A stretch of DNA of 64,000 nucleotides from Eubacteriales bacterium (GTDB lineage: Bacteria > Bacillota > Clostridia > Oscillospirales > UMGS1783), in assembly GCA_045594545.1 (NCBI GenBank), contig JAZNYQ010000094.1:2796-66795 (forward strand). The letters run 5' to 3'. Under the pieces are notes generated by a model. That model was not told where the DNA came from. It was given only the letters and a program-made list of their open reading frames with translations, and ran no database searches. Positions 25,575-35,539 of this stretch are shown piece after piece. Within the stretch, counting starts at the first letter, position 1. Every line of letters starts with the position of its first letter. The translations under genes and the position numbers were made by a program.

Positions 25575-25603
25575 AGTATATATTATTTTTATTTATTTGT
25601 AAA
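25575..25603 (-). promoter_or_regulatory. promoter of the hydrogenase operon
   Basis: On the minus strand: TTTACA (25603-25598), 17 nt, TATACT (25580-25575), in an AT-rich UP-like context. Confidence 0.5.
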
Positions 25604-25620
25604 TAGATAAAACGCATTAA

Positions 25621-25661
25621 AATGCGGGATATTTGCATATTTTCGACAAATATCCCGCATT
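25621..25661 (-). terminator. terminator hairpin after the ABC exporter pair
   Basis: A 15-bp stem, AATGCGGGATATTTG against CAAATATCCCGCATT, starts 3 nt after the stop at 25664-25666. On the minus strand it is followed by a U-rich UUUUAAUG. Confidence 0.6.
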
Positions 25662-25663
25662 TC

Positions 25664-27574
25664 TTATTCCAATTCAAATGCGCCGGTATACAATTGATGA
25701 TATGTGCCCTTAGCCGCAATCAGATCGGCATGACTTCCCCGCTCTATAATTCGTCCATGATCCAACACCATGATCACATCCGAATCCATAACGGTAGACA
25801 AACGGTGCGCAATAACAAACACCGTACGCCCTTCCATCAGTTTATCCATACCCCTTGCCACGATTGACTCAGTACGGGTATCGATCGACGAGGTTGCCTC
25901 ATCCATGATCAATACCGGCGGATCGGCAACCGCCGCCCGCGCAATGGCAATCATCTGCCTTTGCCCCTGCGAAAGGTTGGCACCGTTGTTGGTCAGTTCG
26001 GTATCATAACCGTTGGGTAATCGGCTGATAAAATCATCCGCACCCACAAGAGCGGCCGCCTGCCGACACTCATCATCCGTCGCATCCAGACGCCCGTAAC
26101 GGATATTCTCCATCACCGATCCGGTAAACAGATTGGTCTCCTGCAACACGATACCCAAACTGCGCCGCAGATCATTCTTCTTGATCTTATTGATATTGAT
26201 GCCGTCATAGCGAATCTTACCGTCCTCAATATCATAGAAACGGTTGATCAAATTGGTAATTGTAGTCTTACCTGCACCCGTCGCCCCAACAAAGGCCACC
26301 TTCTGCCCCGGCTTGGCATACACCGAAACATCATGCAATACAGGTTTACCTTCTTCGTAGGAGAAATCCACCTTTTCCAACACCACATCACCCGCTAACG
26401 GGGTGTATGTCACACTTCCGTCATGATGCGGATGACGCCACGCCCAAGCACCGGTGCGTTCATGGCTTTCGGTAATATTCCCCCTGTCATCCACAGCGGC
26501 ATTAACCAGCGTAACATAACCCTCATCGGTTTCCGCCTGCTGATCCATTAGGGCAAAGACACGGGAAGCCCCTGCCATACCCATCGCAATATGATTGATC
26601 TGTTGCGAAACCTGATTGATATTACCCGTAAACTGCTTGGTCATGTTCAAAAACGGAACAATAATGCTGATCTGGAAAGGCAACCCCGAAATGCTGAGAT
26701 TGGATGCGCCGGTCAGCAAGAACAAACCGCCCGCAATCGCAATGATCACATACATAATGTTGCCCAGATTCATAATGATGGGACCCAGCATATTGGCATA
26801 AGAATGAGCACGGGAACTGTCCTCATAAAGGGTATGATTCAGTCGATCAAAATCGGCACTGCTCTGCTTTTCCCGACAGAAGACTTTAACTACCTTCTGC
26901 CCGTTCATCATCTCCTGAATATACCCTTCCATCGCACCCGTGGAGCGCTGTTGCCGTATAAAATACTTGGCCGAACCGCCGCCCACTTTACGGGCAACCA
27001 TGCTCATAACCACTACACCCACGAGCATCAACAGCGTCAGCCATACGCTGTAGTAGATCATGATGGAAAAGACGCTGATCACCACAACACTCGCCTGCAA
27101 CAGCGAAGGAATGGACTGGGAAACCAACTGGCGAAGCGTATCAATATCATTGGTGTAATAACTCATGATATCGCCGTGTTTATGGGTATCAAAAAACTTA
27201 ATGGGCAGATTTTGCATCCCTTCAAACATGGCGCAACGCATTTTGCTTAAAAATCCTTGCGTCATATACGCCATCAACTGCGACTGCAAAGTCACACAAA
27301 CAATGGAAACGCTGTACAAAGCAATCAGAATACCGATCAGCGGTAAAATTTCCTTGGATGCTGTCGCCCAATCCCGACTGATATACCACTGCTCAATGAT
27401 AGCAATGACACGCTGGGTAAAGGTGGCCGGCACAGCCGCCGTAACAGCCGAAAAGATAATACAAACAATGGCTAACGGGAACAAAACCGGATAGGACTTC
27501 ATTAACATCTTTAACGTCCGCCCCATGGTACCCTTTGTCGGAGCGGGACGCCTCATGCCTTTATTCTTCATCAT
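25664..27574 (-). CDS. ABC exporter, fused permease/ATPase (type I, multidrug/lipid-type), subunit 2
   Basis: Six TM segments, then Walker A GATGAGKTT, signature LSQGQRQ and Walker B VLIMDEATSSID. The start is the ATG at 27574 (MMKNKG), overlapping the upstream stop. Confidence 0.9.
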   Translation of the reverse strand: MMKNKGMRRPAPTKGTMGRTLKMLMKSYPVLFPLAIVCIIFSAVTAAVPATFTQRVIAIIEQWYISRDWATASKEILPLIGILIALYSVSIVCVTLQSQLMAYMTQGFLSKMRCAMFEGMQNLPIKFFDTHKHGDIMSYYTNDIDTLRQLVSQSIPSLLQASVVVISVFSIMIYYSVWLTLLMLVGVVVMSMVARKVGGGSAKYFIRQQRSTGAMEGYIQEMMNGQKVVKVFCREKQSSADFDRLNHTLYEDSSRAHSYANMLGPIIMNLGNIMYVIIAIAGGLFLLTGASNLSISGLPFQISIIVPFLNMTKQFTGNINQVSQQINHIAMGMAGASRVFALMDQQAETDEGYVTLVNAAVDDRGNITESHERTGAWAWRHPHHDGSVTYTPLAGDVVLEKVDFSYEEGKPVLHDVSVYAKPGQKVAFVGATGAGKTTITNLINRFYDIEDGKIRYDGININKIKKNDLRRSLGIVLQETNLFTGSVMENIRYGRLDATDDECRQAAALVGADDFISRLPNGYDTELTNNGANLSQGQRQMIAIARAAVADPPVLIMDEATSSIDTRTESIVARGMDKLMEGRTVFVIAHRLSTVMDSDVIMVLDHGRIIERGSHADLIAAKGTYHQLYTGAFELE

Positions 27575-29309
27575 GGCCGTCACCTCCGTTGGTCTGCTGC
27601 TCATACACTTCCCGATAAATCTCACTGCTTGCCAGCAATTCTTCATGCTTGCCCGACGCTACGATCGATCCGTTGTCCATCACCAAAATCAGATCAGCAT
27701 CCTGCACCGAAGCCACGCGCTGCGCAATAATAATCTTTGTTGTATCCGGAATATACTCCTTAAATCCCGCACGAATCAAAGCATCCGTCTTGGTATCCAC
27801 CGCACTGGTCGAGTCGTCCAAAATGAGAATTTTCGGCTTTTTCAGCAAGGCACGGGCAATGCACAGGCGCTGTTTCTGTCCGCCCGATACATTGGTGCCG
27901 CCCTGCTCAATATGGGTGTCGTATCCATCAGGGAAAGAACGGATAAAGTCATCCGCCTGCGCCAAGCGGCAAGCCTCCACCATTTCCTCGTCGGTCGCAT
28001 TCTCATTGCCCCAACGCAGATTCTCCTTGATCGTACCCGAAAACAGCAAATTCTTTTGCAACACCATCGAAACGGCATCCCGCAGCACCTTAATGTCATA
28101 TTGGCGCACGTCCACACCGCCAACCCTGACCACACCCTCGGTCACATCATACAGTCGCGGAATCAACTGCACTAAGGTCGATTTGCTCGAACCCGTACCG
28201 CCCAAAATACCGACGGTCATGCCCGAACGAATATGCAAGTCCACATCTTCCAAAGCAAACCGCTTGGCCTTGGCTGAATACTTAAACCGTACATTTTCAA
28301 AATCGATCGAGCCGTCAGCCACCGCCATGACCGGATTTTCGGGGTTATCCAATGTCGATTCTTCCGACAGGATCTCACCGATACGCTTGATCGACTCGGC
28401 CGACATGGTCAGCATCACATAGATCATCGACAGCATCATCAAACTCATCAAAATCTGCACGCCATAGGTAAGCATGGCTGAAATCTGCCCGACATCAATA
28501 TTTTGTCCTCCGCCCTGAATAACCAAACGCGAACCCACCAGCAGCACAAACACCATGTTAAAATACATGCAAATCTGCATCAGCGGCGTATTAAGTGCTA
28601 CAATACGCTCCGCCTTGGTAAAATCCTTGCGAATATTATCCGAAGCCTTAGCAAATTTCTGCTTCTCGTAGTCTTCACGGGAAAAACCCTTGACCACGCG
28701 CATACCCCGCACATTTTCTTCAATGGATTCGTTGAGACGGTCATACTTCTTGAACACGGCACGAAATGCCGGCATGGCAAACTTGGCAATGAGCAGTAAT
28801 CCCATCACCAAAACCGGCACCACCACAATAAAGGTAGCCGCCAGCCAACCGCCCATAATAAAGGCCATCACTACCGCAAATATCAGCATCAGAGGCGAAC
28901 GAATGGCCGTACGAATCACCATCATGTAGGACATCTGCACGTGCTGAATATCGGTGGTCAGACGCGTCACCAAGGATGCCGAAGAAAACTTATCAATGTT
29001 TTCAAAACTGTAGGTCTGAATCTTGTGGAACATATCGCCACGCACGTTCTTGGCAAACCCCGCCGCCGCCTTGGAACAGGTATATCCGCCAACACCGCCG
29101 CAAGTCAAAGAAATCAGCGCCATTCCTACCAAGATCAGCCCCGTCACAATCACCTCTTCAATCGGTGCATTGGCCTTGATACTGTTGACAAGATTGGCCG
29201 TAATAAACGGAATCGCAACCTCGATCCCCACCTCTAACACCATCAACGCAAAGGTGATAAAGGTCGGCTTTTTATACTCTCTTACACAGGCAAGCAATCG
29301 CTTATACAT
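27561..29309 (-). CDS. ABC exporter, fused permease/ATPase, subunit 1 (probable heterodimer partner)
   Basis: Walker A GGTGSSKST, signature VSGGQKQR and Walker B ILILDDSTSAVD. Confidence 0.9.
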   Translation of the reverse strand: MYKRLLACVREYKKPTFITFALMVLEVGIEVAIPFITANLVNSIKANAPIEEVIVTGLILVGMALISLTCGGVGGYTCSKAAAGFAKNVRGDMFHKIQTYSFENIDKFSSASLVTRLTTDIQHVQMSYMMVIRTAIRSPLMLIFAVVMAFIMGGWLAATFIVVVPVLVMGLLLIAKFAMPAFRAVFKKYDRLNESIEENVRGMRVVKGFSREDYEKQKFAKASDNIRKDFTKAERIVALNTPLMQICMYFNMVFVLLVGSRLVIQGGGQNIDVGQISAMLTYGVQILMSLMMLSMIYVMLTMSAESIKRIGEILSEESTLDNPENPVMAVADGSIDFENVRFKYSAKAKRFALEDVDLHIRSGMTVGILGGTGSSKSTLVQLIPRLYDVTEGVVRVGGVDVRQYDIKVLRDAVSMVLQKNLLFSGTIKENLRWGNENATDEEMVEACRLAQADDFIRSFPDGYDTHIEQGGTNVSGGQKQRLCIARALLKKPKILILDDSTSAVDTKTDALIRAGFKEYIPDTTKIIIAQRVASVQDADLILVMDNGSIVASGKHEELLASSEIYREVYEQQTNGGDGHDEE

Positions 29310-29349
29310 TATGCCACCCTTTCTATCCGGAAATCACTTTAATATATCC

Positions 29350-29378
29350 ATTATAATACTTATATCTTTTAATATCAA
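29350..29378 (-). promoter_or_regulatory. promoter of the ABC exporter operon
   Basis: On the minus strand: TTGATA (29378-29373), 17 nt, TATAAT (29355-29350). Confidence 0.55.
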
Positions 29379-29395
29379 ATGATTTTTTTGTGAAC

Positions 29396-29429
29396 AAAAA
29401 AGAGGGCTTAGTTTTACACTAAGTCCTCT
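29396..29429 (-). terminator. terminator overlapping the end of the ybaK-like gene
   Basis: AGAGGGCTTAGT (29401-29412) pairs with ACTAAGTCCTCT (29418-29429), including one G-U pair. On the minus strand it is followed by TTTTTTG. Confidence 0.6.
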
Positions 29430-29893
29430 CTCTTTTTACAAACATCCACCCACCCTAACGGCTTAGCCAACAGCTCCAACTCCATAAGAGATAACTCAAT
29501 GGCACTGTTGCCGCTTCCGCAAGCGGGAAACACCGTTTCAAACCGACGAAGCGATTCATCCAAATACACCGCCACGCCCTCATTGACCGCAAACGGACAC
29601 ACTCCGCCTACCGCATGACCGATCAGCGTTTCGGCCTGTTCGTACGACAGCATCTTCGCTTTGCAATGAAATGTAGCCTTATACTTGGGATTGTCGATCT
29701 TGACATCACCCGCCGTCACGATCAAAATCGGTCCGGACTCCGTCATAAAAGAAAGCGTTTTGGCGATCCTACATTCCTCGCATCCCAGCGCCTGTGCCGC
29801 CAAGGCGACCGTCGCGCTGGATACATCAAACTCTATGATACGATCTGAAAATCCTTGCGTTGCAAAATATCCCCGTACCTTTTCAATGGACAT
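29414..29893 (-). CDS. YbaK/ProX-type aminoacyl-tRNA editing domain protein
   Basis: KTLSFMTESGPILIVTAGDVKID and GHAVGGVCPFAV. The start is the ATG at 29893, after GGAGG. Confidence 0.8.
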   Translation of the reverse strand: MSIEKVRGYFATQGFSDRIIEFDVSSATVALAAQALGCEECRIAKTLSFMTESGPILIVTAGDVKIDNPKYKATFHCKAKMLSYEQAETLIGHAVGGVCPFAVNEGVAVYLDESLRRFETVFPACGSGNSAIELSLMELELLAKPLGWVDVCKKREDLV

Positions 29894-30554
29894 GATTGCC
29901 TCCAAAATTCACTTTGAATGTACTGCGATCAAAATCGATCAACCCGTCTTTTTTCATGCGCGACAACTCCGCCGACATGGCCGACCGATCCACCGACAGA
30001 TAATCTGCCAACTCCTGCCGATCAAACGGAATGGTAAAAATACGAGTCCCCGCCAAATTTGCCTGCTCACTGAGGTAGGATAAGAGTTTCTCCCTTGTCG
30101 TACGGCAGGACAAATGCTCAATTTTTCTGGTCAACCCCATGTTCTTATTAGCCAAAACCGTCAATAAATTTTCAATCAAATGCCGATGACAGGAGCATAC
30201 TTTTGCACAAGGACTGGATATGCGCCATCCGGCTAAAAAAACCACTACCGTTTTCTCGCCGGCCACATACCCGATCTCGGACGGCATATTGCCATGGAAC
30301 ACGGCACTCTCACCAAAGACCATTCCCGATCGATACACTTCTAATATATTACGGACCCCGCGATAGTCGTCCCGCACCATCCATACCGTTCCCGACACCA
30401 CCACACCAAGAGCTGAAGGCATCGCTCCCGGTTTCATAATATACTCATCCGCATCATATTCCCGACTCGTCGCCTGCAGACATCCCAACATATGCTCGAT
30501 GTTATCCGTACCGGCAAACAAGTCAAAATCCTGTAATTGATGTGCTAAATTCAT
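29883..30554 (-). CDS. Crp/Fnr-family transcriptional regulator
   Basis: N-terminal cNMP-binding-like beta-barrel (VWMVRDDYRGVRNILEVYRSGMVFGE) and C-terminal HTH (FDRQELADYLSVDRSAMSAELSRMKKDGLI). Confidence 0.85.
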   Translation of the reverse strand: MNLAHQLQDFDLFAGTDNIEHMLGCLQATSREYDADEYIMKPGAMPSALGVVVSGTVWMVRDDYRGVRNILEVYRSGMVFGESAVFHGNMPSEIGYVAGEKTVVVFLAGWRISSPCAKVCSCHRHLIENLLTVLANKNMGLTRKIEHLSCRTTREKLLSYLSEQANLAGTRIFTIPFDRQELADYLSVDRSAMSAELSRMKKDGLIDFDRSTFKVNFGGNHVH

Positions 30555-30568
30555 AATTCTTCCTCATT

Positions 30569-30584
30569 TGTTGTATTTCCAACA
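30569..30584. promoter_or_regulatory. candidate Crp/Fnr-type binding site, TGTTG-N6-CAACA
   Basis: Perfect 5-6-5 inverted repeat in the crp/dfx divergent region. Its centre is 41.5 nt upstream of the transcription start expected 7 nt after the TATAAT at 30606-30611. No -35 box is recognisable. Confidence 0.35.
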
Positions 30585-30648
30585 TATTTTACCTCATTTC
30601 TCGGTTATAATCAAGATGTAATTAAAAATAATTTTCGGAGGTATTCTC

Positions 30649-31020
30649 ATGGAATTCTACATTTGTAAACATTGCGGCAATATCACTACTTTTATTGAAA
30701 ACAAGGGCGTTCCCGTCGTTTGCTGCGGAGAGAAAATGCATAAGATCGAGTCGGGCACTGTAGATGCCGCCATTGAAAAACACGTACCCGTTTTTCAGGT
30801 GCAGGACAATACCGTCACGGTCAATGTCGGTAGCGTGACCCATCCTATGACAACCGAGCATCTGATCAACTGGGTGGCACTGGAGACCGAACAGGGTACG
30901 CAGATCAAGCACCTCAAGGCCGATAGCGAACCTACCGTTACCTTCGCTTTAGCCAAGGATGATACGGTTAAAAAGGTTTACGCCTATTGCAATCTCCACG
31001 GCCTGTGGTCGGCAAAATAA
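30649..31020 (+). CDS. dfx: desulfoferrodoxin (2Fe superoxide reductase)
   Basis: Desulforedoxin-like N-terminus CKHCGN...VCCGEKM and a neelaredoxin-type C-terminus with HPMTTEHLINW and YCNLHGLW. Confidence 0.9.
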   Translation: MEFYICKHCGNITTFIENKGVPVVCCGEKMHKIESGTVDAAIEKHVPVFQVQDNTVTVNVGSVTHPMTTEHLINWVALETEQGTQIKHLKADSEPTVTFALAKDDTVKKVYAYCNLHGLWSAK

Positions 31021-31025
31021 CGAAC

Positions 31026-31053
31026 AAGACGGAGGATCATTCCTCCGTCTTTT
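31026..31053. terminator. terminator after dfx, overlapping the 3' end of the convergent gene
   Basis: AAGACGGAGGA (31026-31036) pairs with TCCTCCGTCTT (31041-31051), followed by TTTTCTTTT. Confidence 0.65.
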
Positions 31054-31522
31054 CTTTTACGATTTGCCAAGCCTCACATAGCCGCTCCAACCCCCACGCC
31101 GCATTGGCCAGCGATGTAGAAGGAAGCACCACACATTCGGGATAACCCGTCATGTGTTTTCGGTATAATTTAGCGGCCGTTGCCCCATTGACAAATACCG
31201 CCCGAATATCAGCAGTTGCAAAAATTTCCGATAGATCATTAGGCCGGGCATCCCGTATGCTGGCATCGCTCGATCCAGTAATCTCACAATCGGCAATTAC
31301 ATCCCATGCCGCAATATGGTGATTCAGCAAAAAGGCCCGCTTCTCCTCCACCGTCTGTGGCACCGGCTCTCCCCATAACGAAGCCAACACCCGCCAGTAC
31401 CGATTTTGCGGATGCCCGTAAAAGAAACCCGTTTCTCTCGATTTCACCGACGGAAAAGATCCTAAGATCAATACCCGAGACCGCTCATCATACAACGGCG
31501 GTATTGTGTGTTGCAAGCGCAT
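31037..31522 (-). CDS. uracil-DNA glycosylase superfamily protein (DNA-deoxyinosine glycosylase-like)
   Basis: VLILGSFPSVKSRETGFFYGHPQNRYW and LPSTSLANA are UDG-fold motifs. Confidence 0.75.
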   Translation of the reverse strand: MRLQHTIPPLYDERSRVLILGSFPSVKSRETGFFYGHPQNRYWRVLASLWGEPVPQTVEEKRAFLLNHHIAAWDVIADCEITGSSDASIRDARPNDLSEIFATADIRAVFVNGATAAKLYRKHMTGYPECVVLPSTSLANAAWGLERLCEAWQIVKEKTEE

Positions 31523-31569
31523 ACTCTCACCTCACCCATAAGTATACTGCAAAAAATTTAATTTTTCTA

Positions 31570-31597
31570 TTCACAGACGAAAAAAATGTGGTATAAT
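31570..31597 (+). promoter_or_regulatory. extended -10 promoter of the cupin gene
   Basis: TTCACA (31570-31575), 16 nt, TGgTATAAT (31589-31597). Confidence 0.55.
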
Positions 31598-31625
31598 GAA
31601 GAAAAAACGAAAGGAATCTTCCATT

Positions 31626-31976
31626 ATGCTTCTGACATCCAAAGAAAAAGCTTTTGAACTGCGCCAGAACCTGAAAGGCGGCGAAGGCAATACCGTCCTC
31701 GAAGGCTTCAAACCCGTCCAAGGCCTGCCCACCCATTACCGTATGTATGCCGAAATGGTGCTCAATCCCGGTTGCTCGGTCGGCAAACACACCCATAACG
31801 GTGAAAGCGAGATCTATTACGTTCTTGAGGGTAGCGGCGAACTCAACGATAACGGCGTTATCCGCACCATCACCAAAGGCGACTGCGCCATGTGCTATGA
31901 CGGCGAATTCCATGCCGTTAAAAACAATACCGGCCAGGTGCTTCGCATCTTAGCCACCATCGTCACCAACAAATAA
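31626..31976 (+). CDS. cupin-domain protein
   Basis: GKHTHNGESEIYYVLEGSG...GEFHAVKN is the cupin two-motif pattern. The start is moved to the ATG at 31626, after AAAGGAA. The ORF-track ATG at 31596 overlaps the -10 box. Confidence 0.75.
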   Translation: MLLTSKEKAFELRQNLKGGEGNTVLEGFKPVQGLPTHYRMYAEMVLNPGCSVGKHTHNGESEIYYVLEGSGELNDNGVIRTITKGDCAMCYDGEFHAVKNNTGQVLRILATIVTNK

Positions 31977-31982
31977 GCAAAG

Positions 31983-32008
31983 AGGGACTCAATCGAGTCC
32001 CTTTTTTA
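31983..32008. terminator. terminator after the cupin gene
   Basis: AGGGACTC (31983-31990) pairs with GAGTCCCT (31995-32002), followed by TTTTTT. Confidence 0.6.
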
Positions 32009-32471
32009 ATTTGGCTCTGCGCTCCTTCCAATCCGGCAAACAAGAAGCTACCAAGGCATAAAATCTCCTGTTGTGTCCTCGCTCCAGCAGGTGGCACAAT
32101 TCATGCACGATCACATATTCCAAACATTCCTCGGGGTAAGCACCCAGATAGGAACTCAGCCATATCCGCTTATCTTTGACATTACAACTCCCCCAACGGG
32201 TCTTCATCTTGCGGATTCGCCGCTCCTTGGTCTGCACGCCGAGAAAAGACTCCCATCGGTCAAAATAGGCATCCATCAACGCCCGAACCCGCGCAGCGTC
32301 CGGCCGGATCACCGATTGACACTTCTGTTGTTCAATCCAATTCGCCTTGGAATTGACAAAGGCATCTATGATCGTACGACTGACTCCATACGGTGCCGTC
32401 ACAAGGATCTGTCCGTCACGCACCCGAATGTAGATATGTTTAATTGCCTTTCGTATCAGCTGATATTCCAT
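31989..32471 (-). CDS. M48/DUF45 (YgjP-like) zinc metallopeptidase-fold protein
   Basis: YVIVHELCHLLERGHNRRF is an HExxH motif in the DUF45 context, together with RWGSC. Confidence 0.75.
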   Translation of the reverse strand: MEYQLIRKAIKHIYIRVRDGQILVTAPYGVSRTIIDAFVNSKANWIEQQKCQSVIRPDAARVRALMDAYFDRWESFLGVQTKERRIRKMKTRWGSCNVKDKRIWLSSYLGAYPEECLEYVIVHELCHLLERGHNRRFYALVASCLPDWKERRAKLKKGLD

Positions 32472-32480
32472 ATGTCCTCA

Positions 32481-32512
32481 TAAAAAGTCCTGTGCCGTTT
32501 TGGCACAGGACT
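32481..32512 (-). terminator. rho-independent terminator of groESL
   Basis: AGTCCTGTGCC (32486-32496) pairs with GGCACAGGACT (32502-32512). On the minus strand it is followed by TTTTA. Confidence 0.75.
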
Positions 32513-32521
32513 CCGTGTTTA

Positions 32522-34446
<1,925 letters not shown>

Positions 34447-34489
34447 AATTTTTCCTCCTATTATGAAAAATAATAACAAAATCGGTAGG

Positions 34490-34516
34490 TTAGCACTCAA
34501 GTAAACTTAGTGCTAA
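34490..34516. promoter_or_regulatory. CIRCE operator (HrcA binding site)
   Basis: TTAGCACTC-AAGTAAACT-TAGTGCTAA against the consensus TTAGCACTC-N9-GAGTGCTAA, one mismatch. It lies just downstream of the groES promoter. Confidence 0.85.
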
Positions 34517-34527
34517 AACCTACCAAT

Positions 34528-34556
34528 GTTATAGCAAATATTTGGTATTTTGTCAA
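34528..34556 (-). promoter_or_regulatory. groESL promoter
   Basis: On the minus strand: TTGACA (34556-34551), 17 nt, TATAAC (34533-34528). Confidence 0.65.
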
Positions 34557-34591
34557 GGATATTCAACCAATTTTCACAAAGAATTTTTCAG

Positions 34592-35491
34592 TCAATCCTT
34601 GCGAGTGCTAAGCGGCAAAACCACCTTCAAGGCATGAGGCAACAACTCGATCTCAGCCTTGCTCGTCATCTCTACTTCCCCATCATAAGAAATAGCGAAG
34701 GGGCGGTCGGAACAAATGGTCATTCTTTTACCCCGTACTTTGGAAATCAGATGAGAAAGCGGCTCATGATTGCCGGCCTTATATTTTCCCACAAAACCGG
34801 TAATCTTTAATCTGGACATGTTTTTCACCGCCAAACAATCCATCAACCCATCATCGATTACGGCTTGCGGTGCGGCTAAAAATCCGCCGCCGTATACCCG
34901 GCCGTTTGCGGCTACTGCTAAGAGAGATTTTCCCTCATATAACAGCGCATCGTCCACGGTAACGGTCATATTGTTGCCCAATTTCTGAATAAAGGTATAA
35001 AACAAGGCTATGTAATAGGCCGGATTGCCGGTAAACCATTTCTTGAATTTGGCAACATTTCCGGCAACCATCGCATCAAATCCGCAATTGATGATATTCA
35101 TGGAGATCCGTTCGCCGCATTTGAGCAGATCGATCGCCTGCGCCCGCCCGTTTACCATCGCCTCAATATCGGTAAAGTCATAGTTGGGAAAGGACTTCAC
35201 AAAATCGTTACCCGTTCCGTTGGGGATAGGCGCAATCTCCACATTTGATGCCTGATAGCAACCCGTCACCGCCTCATGCAACGTTCCGTCCCCGCCGATG
35301 CAATAAACACGGGTCGGTTCACCTGTGCCCGCCGCCTGCGCCGCCAGTTCGGTGGCATGGTCGGGATATTCAGTTAGATGAATCTCATACGCATCCTGCC
35401 GATCGGAAAAAACACGATGAATGGTCTGAATGATCTCATCCGCATTCCGTCTCTTACCGGCTACCGGATTAATAATAAAATAATGTCTCAT
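34592..35491 (-). CDS. diacylglycerol/lipid kinase family protein (YegS/DagK-like)
   Basis: FIINPVAGKRR and CIGGDGTLHEAV match the DAGK catalytic domain pattern. Confidence 0.85.
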   Translation of the reverse strand: MRHYFIINPVAGKRRNADEIIQTIHRVFSDRQDAYEIHLTEYPDHATELAAQAAGTGEPTRVYCIGGDGTLHEAVTGCYQASNVEIAPIPNGTGNDFVKSFPNYDFTDIEAMVNGRAQAIDLLKCGERISMNIINCGFDAMVAGNVAKFKKWFTGNPAYYIALFYTFIQKLGNNMTVTVDDALLYEGKSLLAVAANGRVYGGGFLAAPQAVIDDGLMDCLAVKNMSRLKITGFVGKYKAGNHEPLSHLISKVRGKRMTICSDRPFAISYDGEVEMTSKAEIELLPHALKVVLPLSTRKD

Positions 35492-35539
35492 TTTACGTCC
35501 TTATAAATAGACGGGCCGGAAAGGGCTCCGGCCCGAAAT

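Noticed and set aside
31596-31625. ORF-track N-terminal extension of the cupin gene (MKKKRKESSI)
   Set aside because: The ATG at 31596 overlaps the last bases of an extended -10 box (TGgTATAAT, 31589-31597) and has no RBS. The ATG at 31626 follows AAAGGAA. I trimmed similar extensions at 4194, 4262, 17199, 21282, 22923, 27646, 29905, 34500, 44746, 47227, 50223 and 56768.
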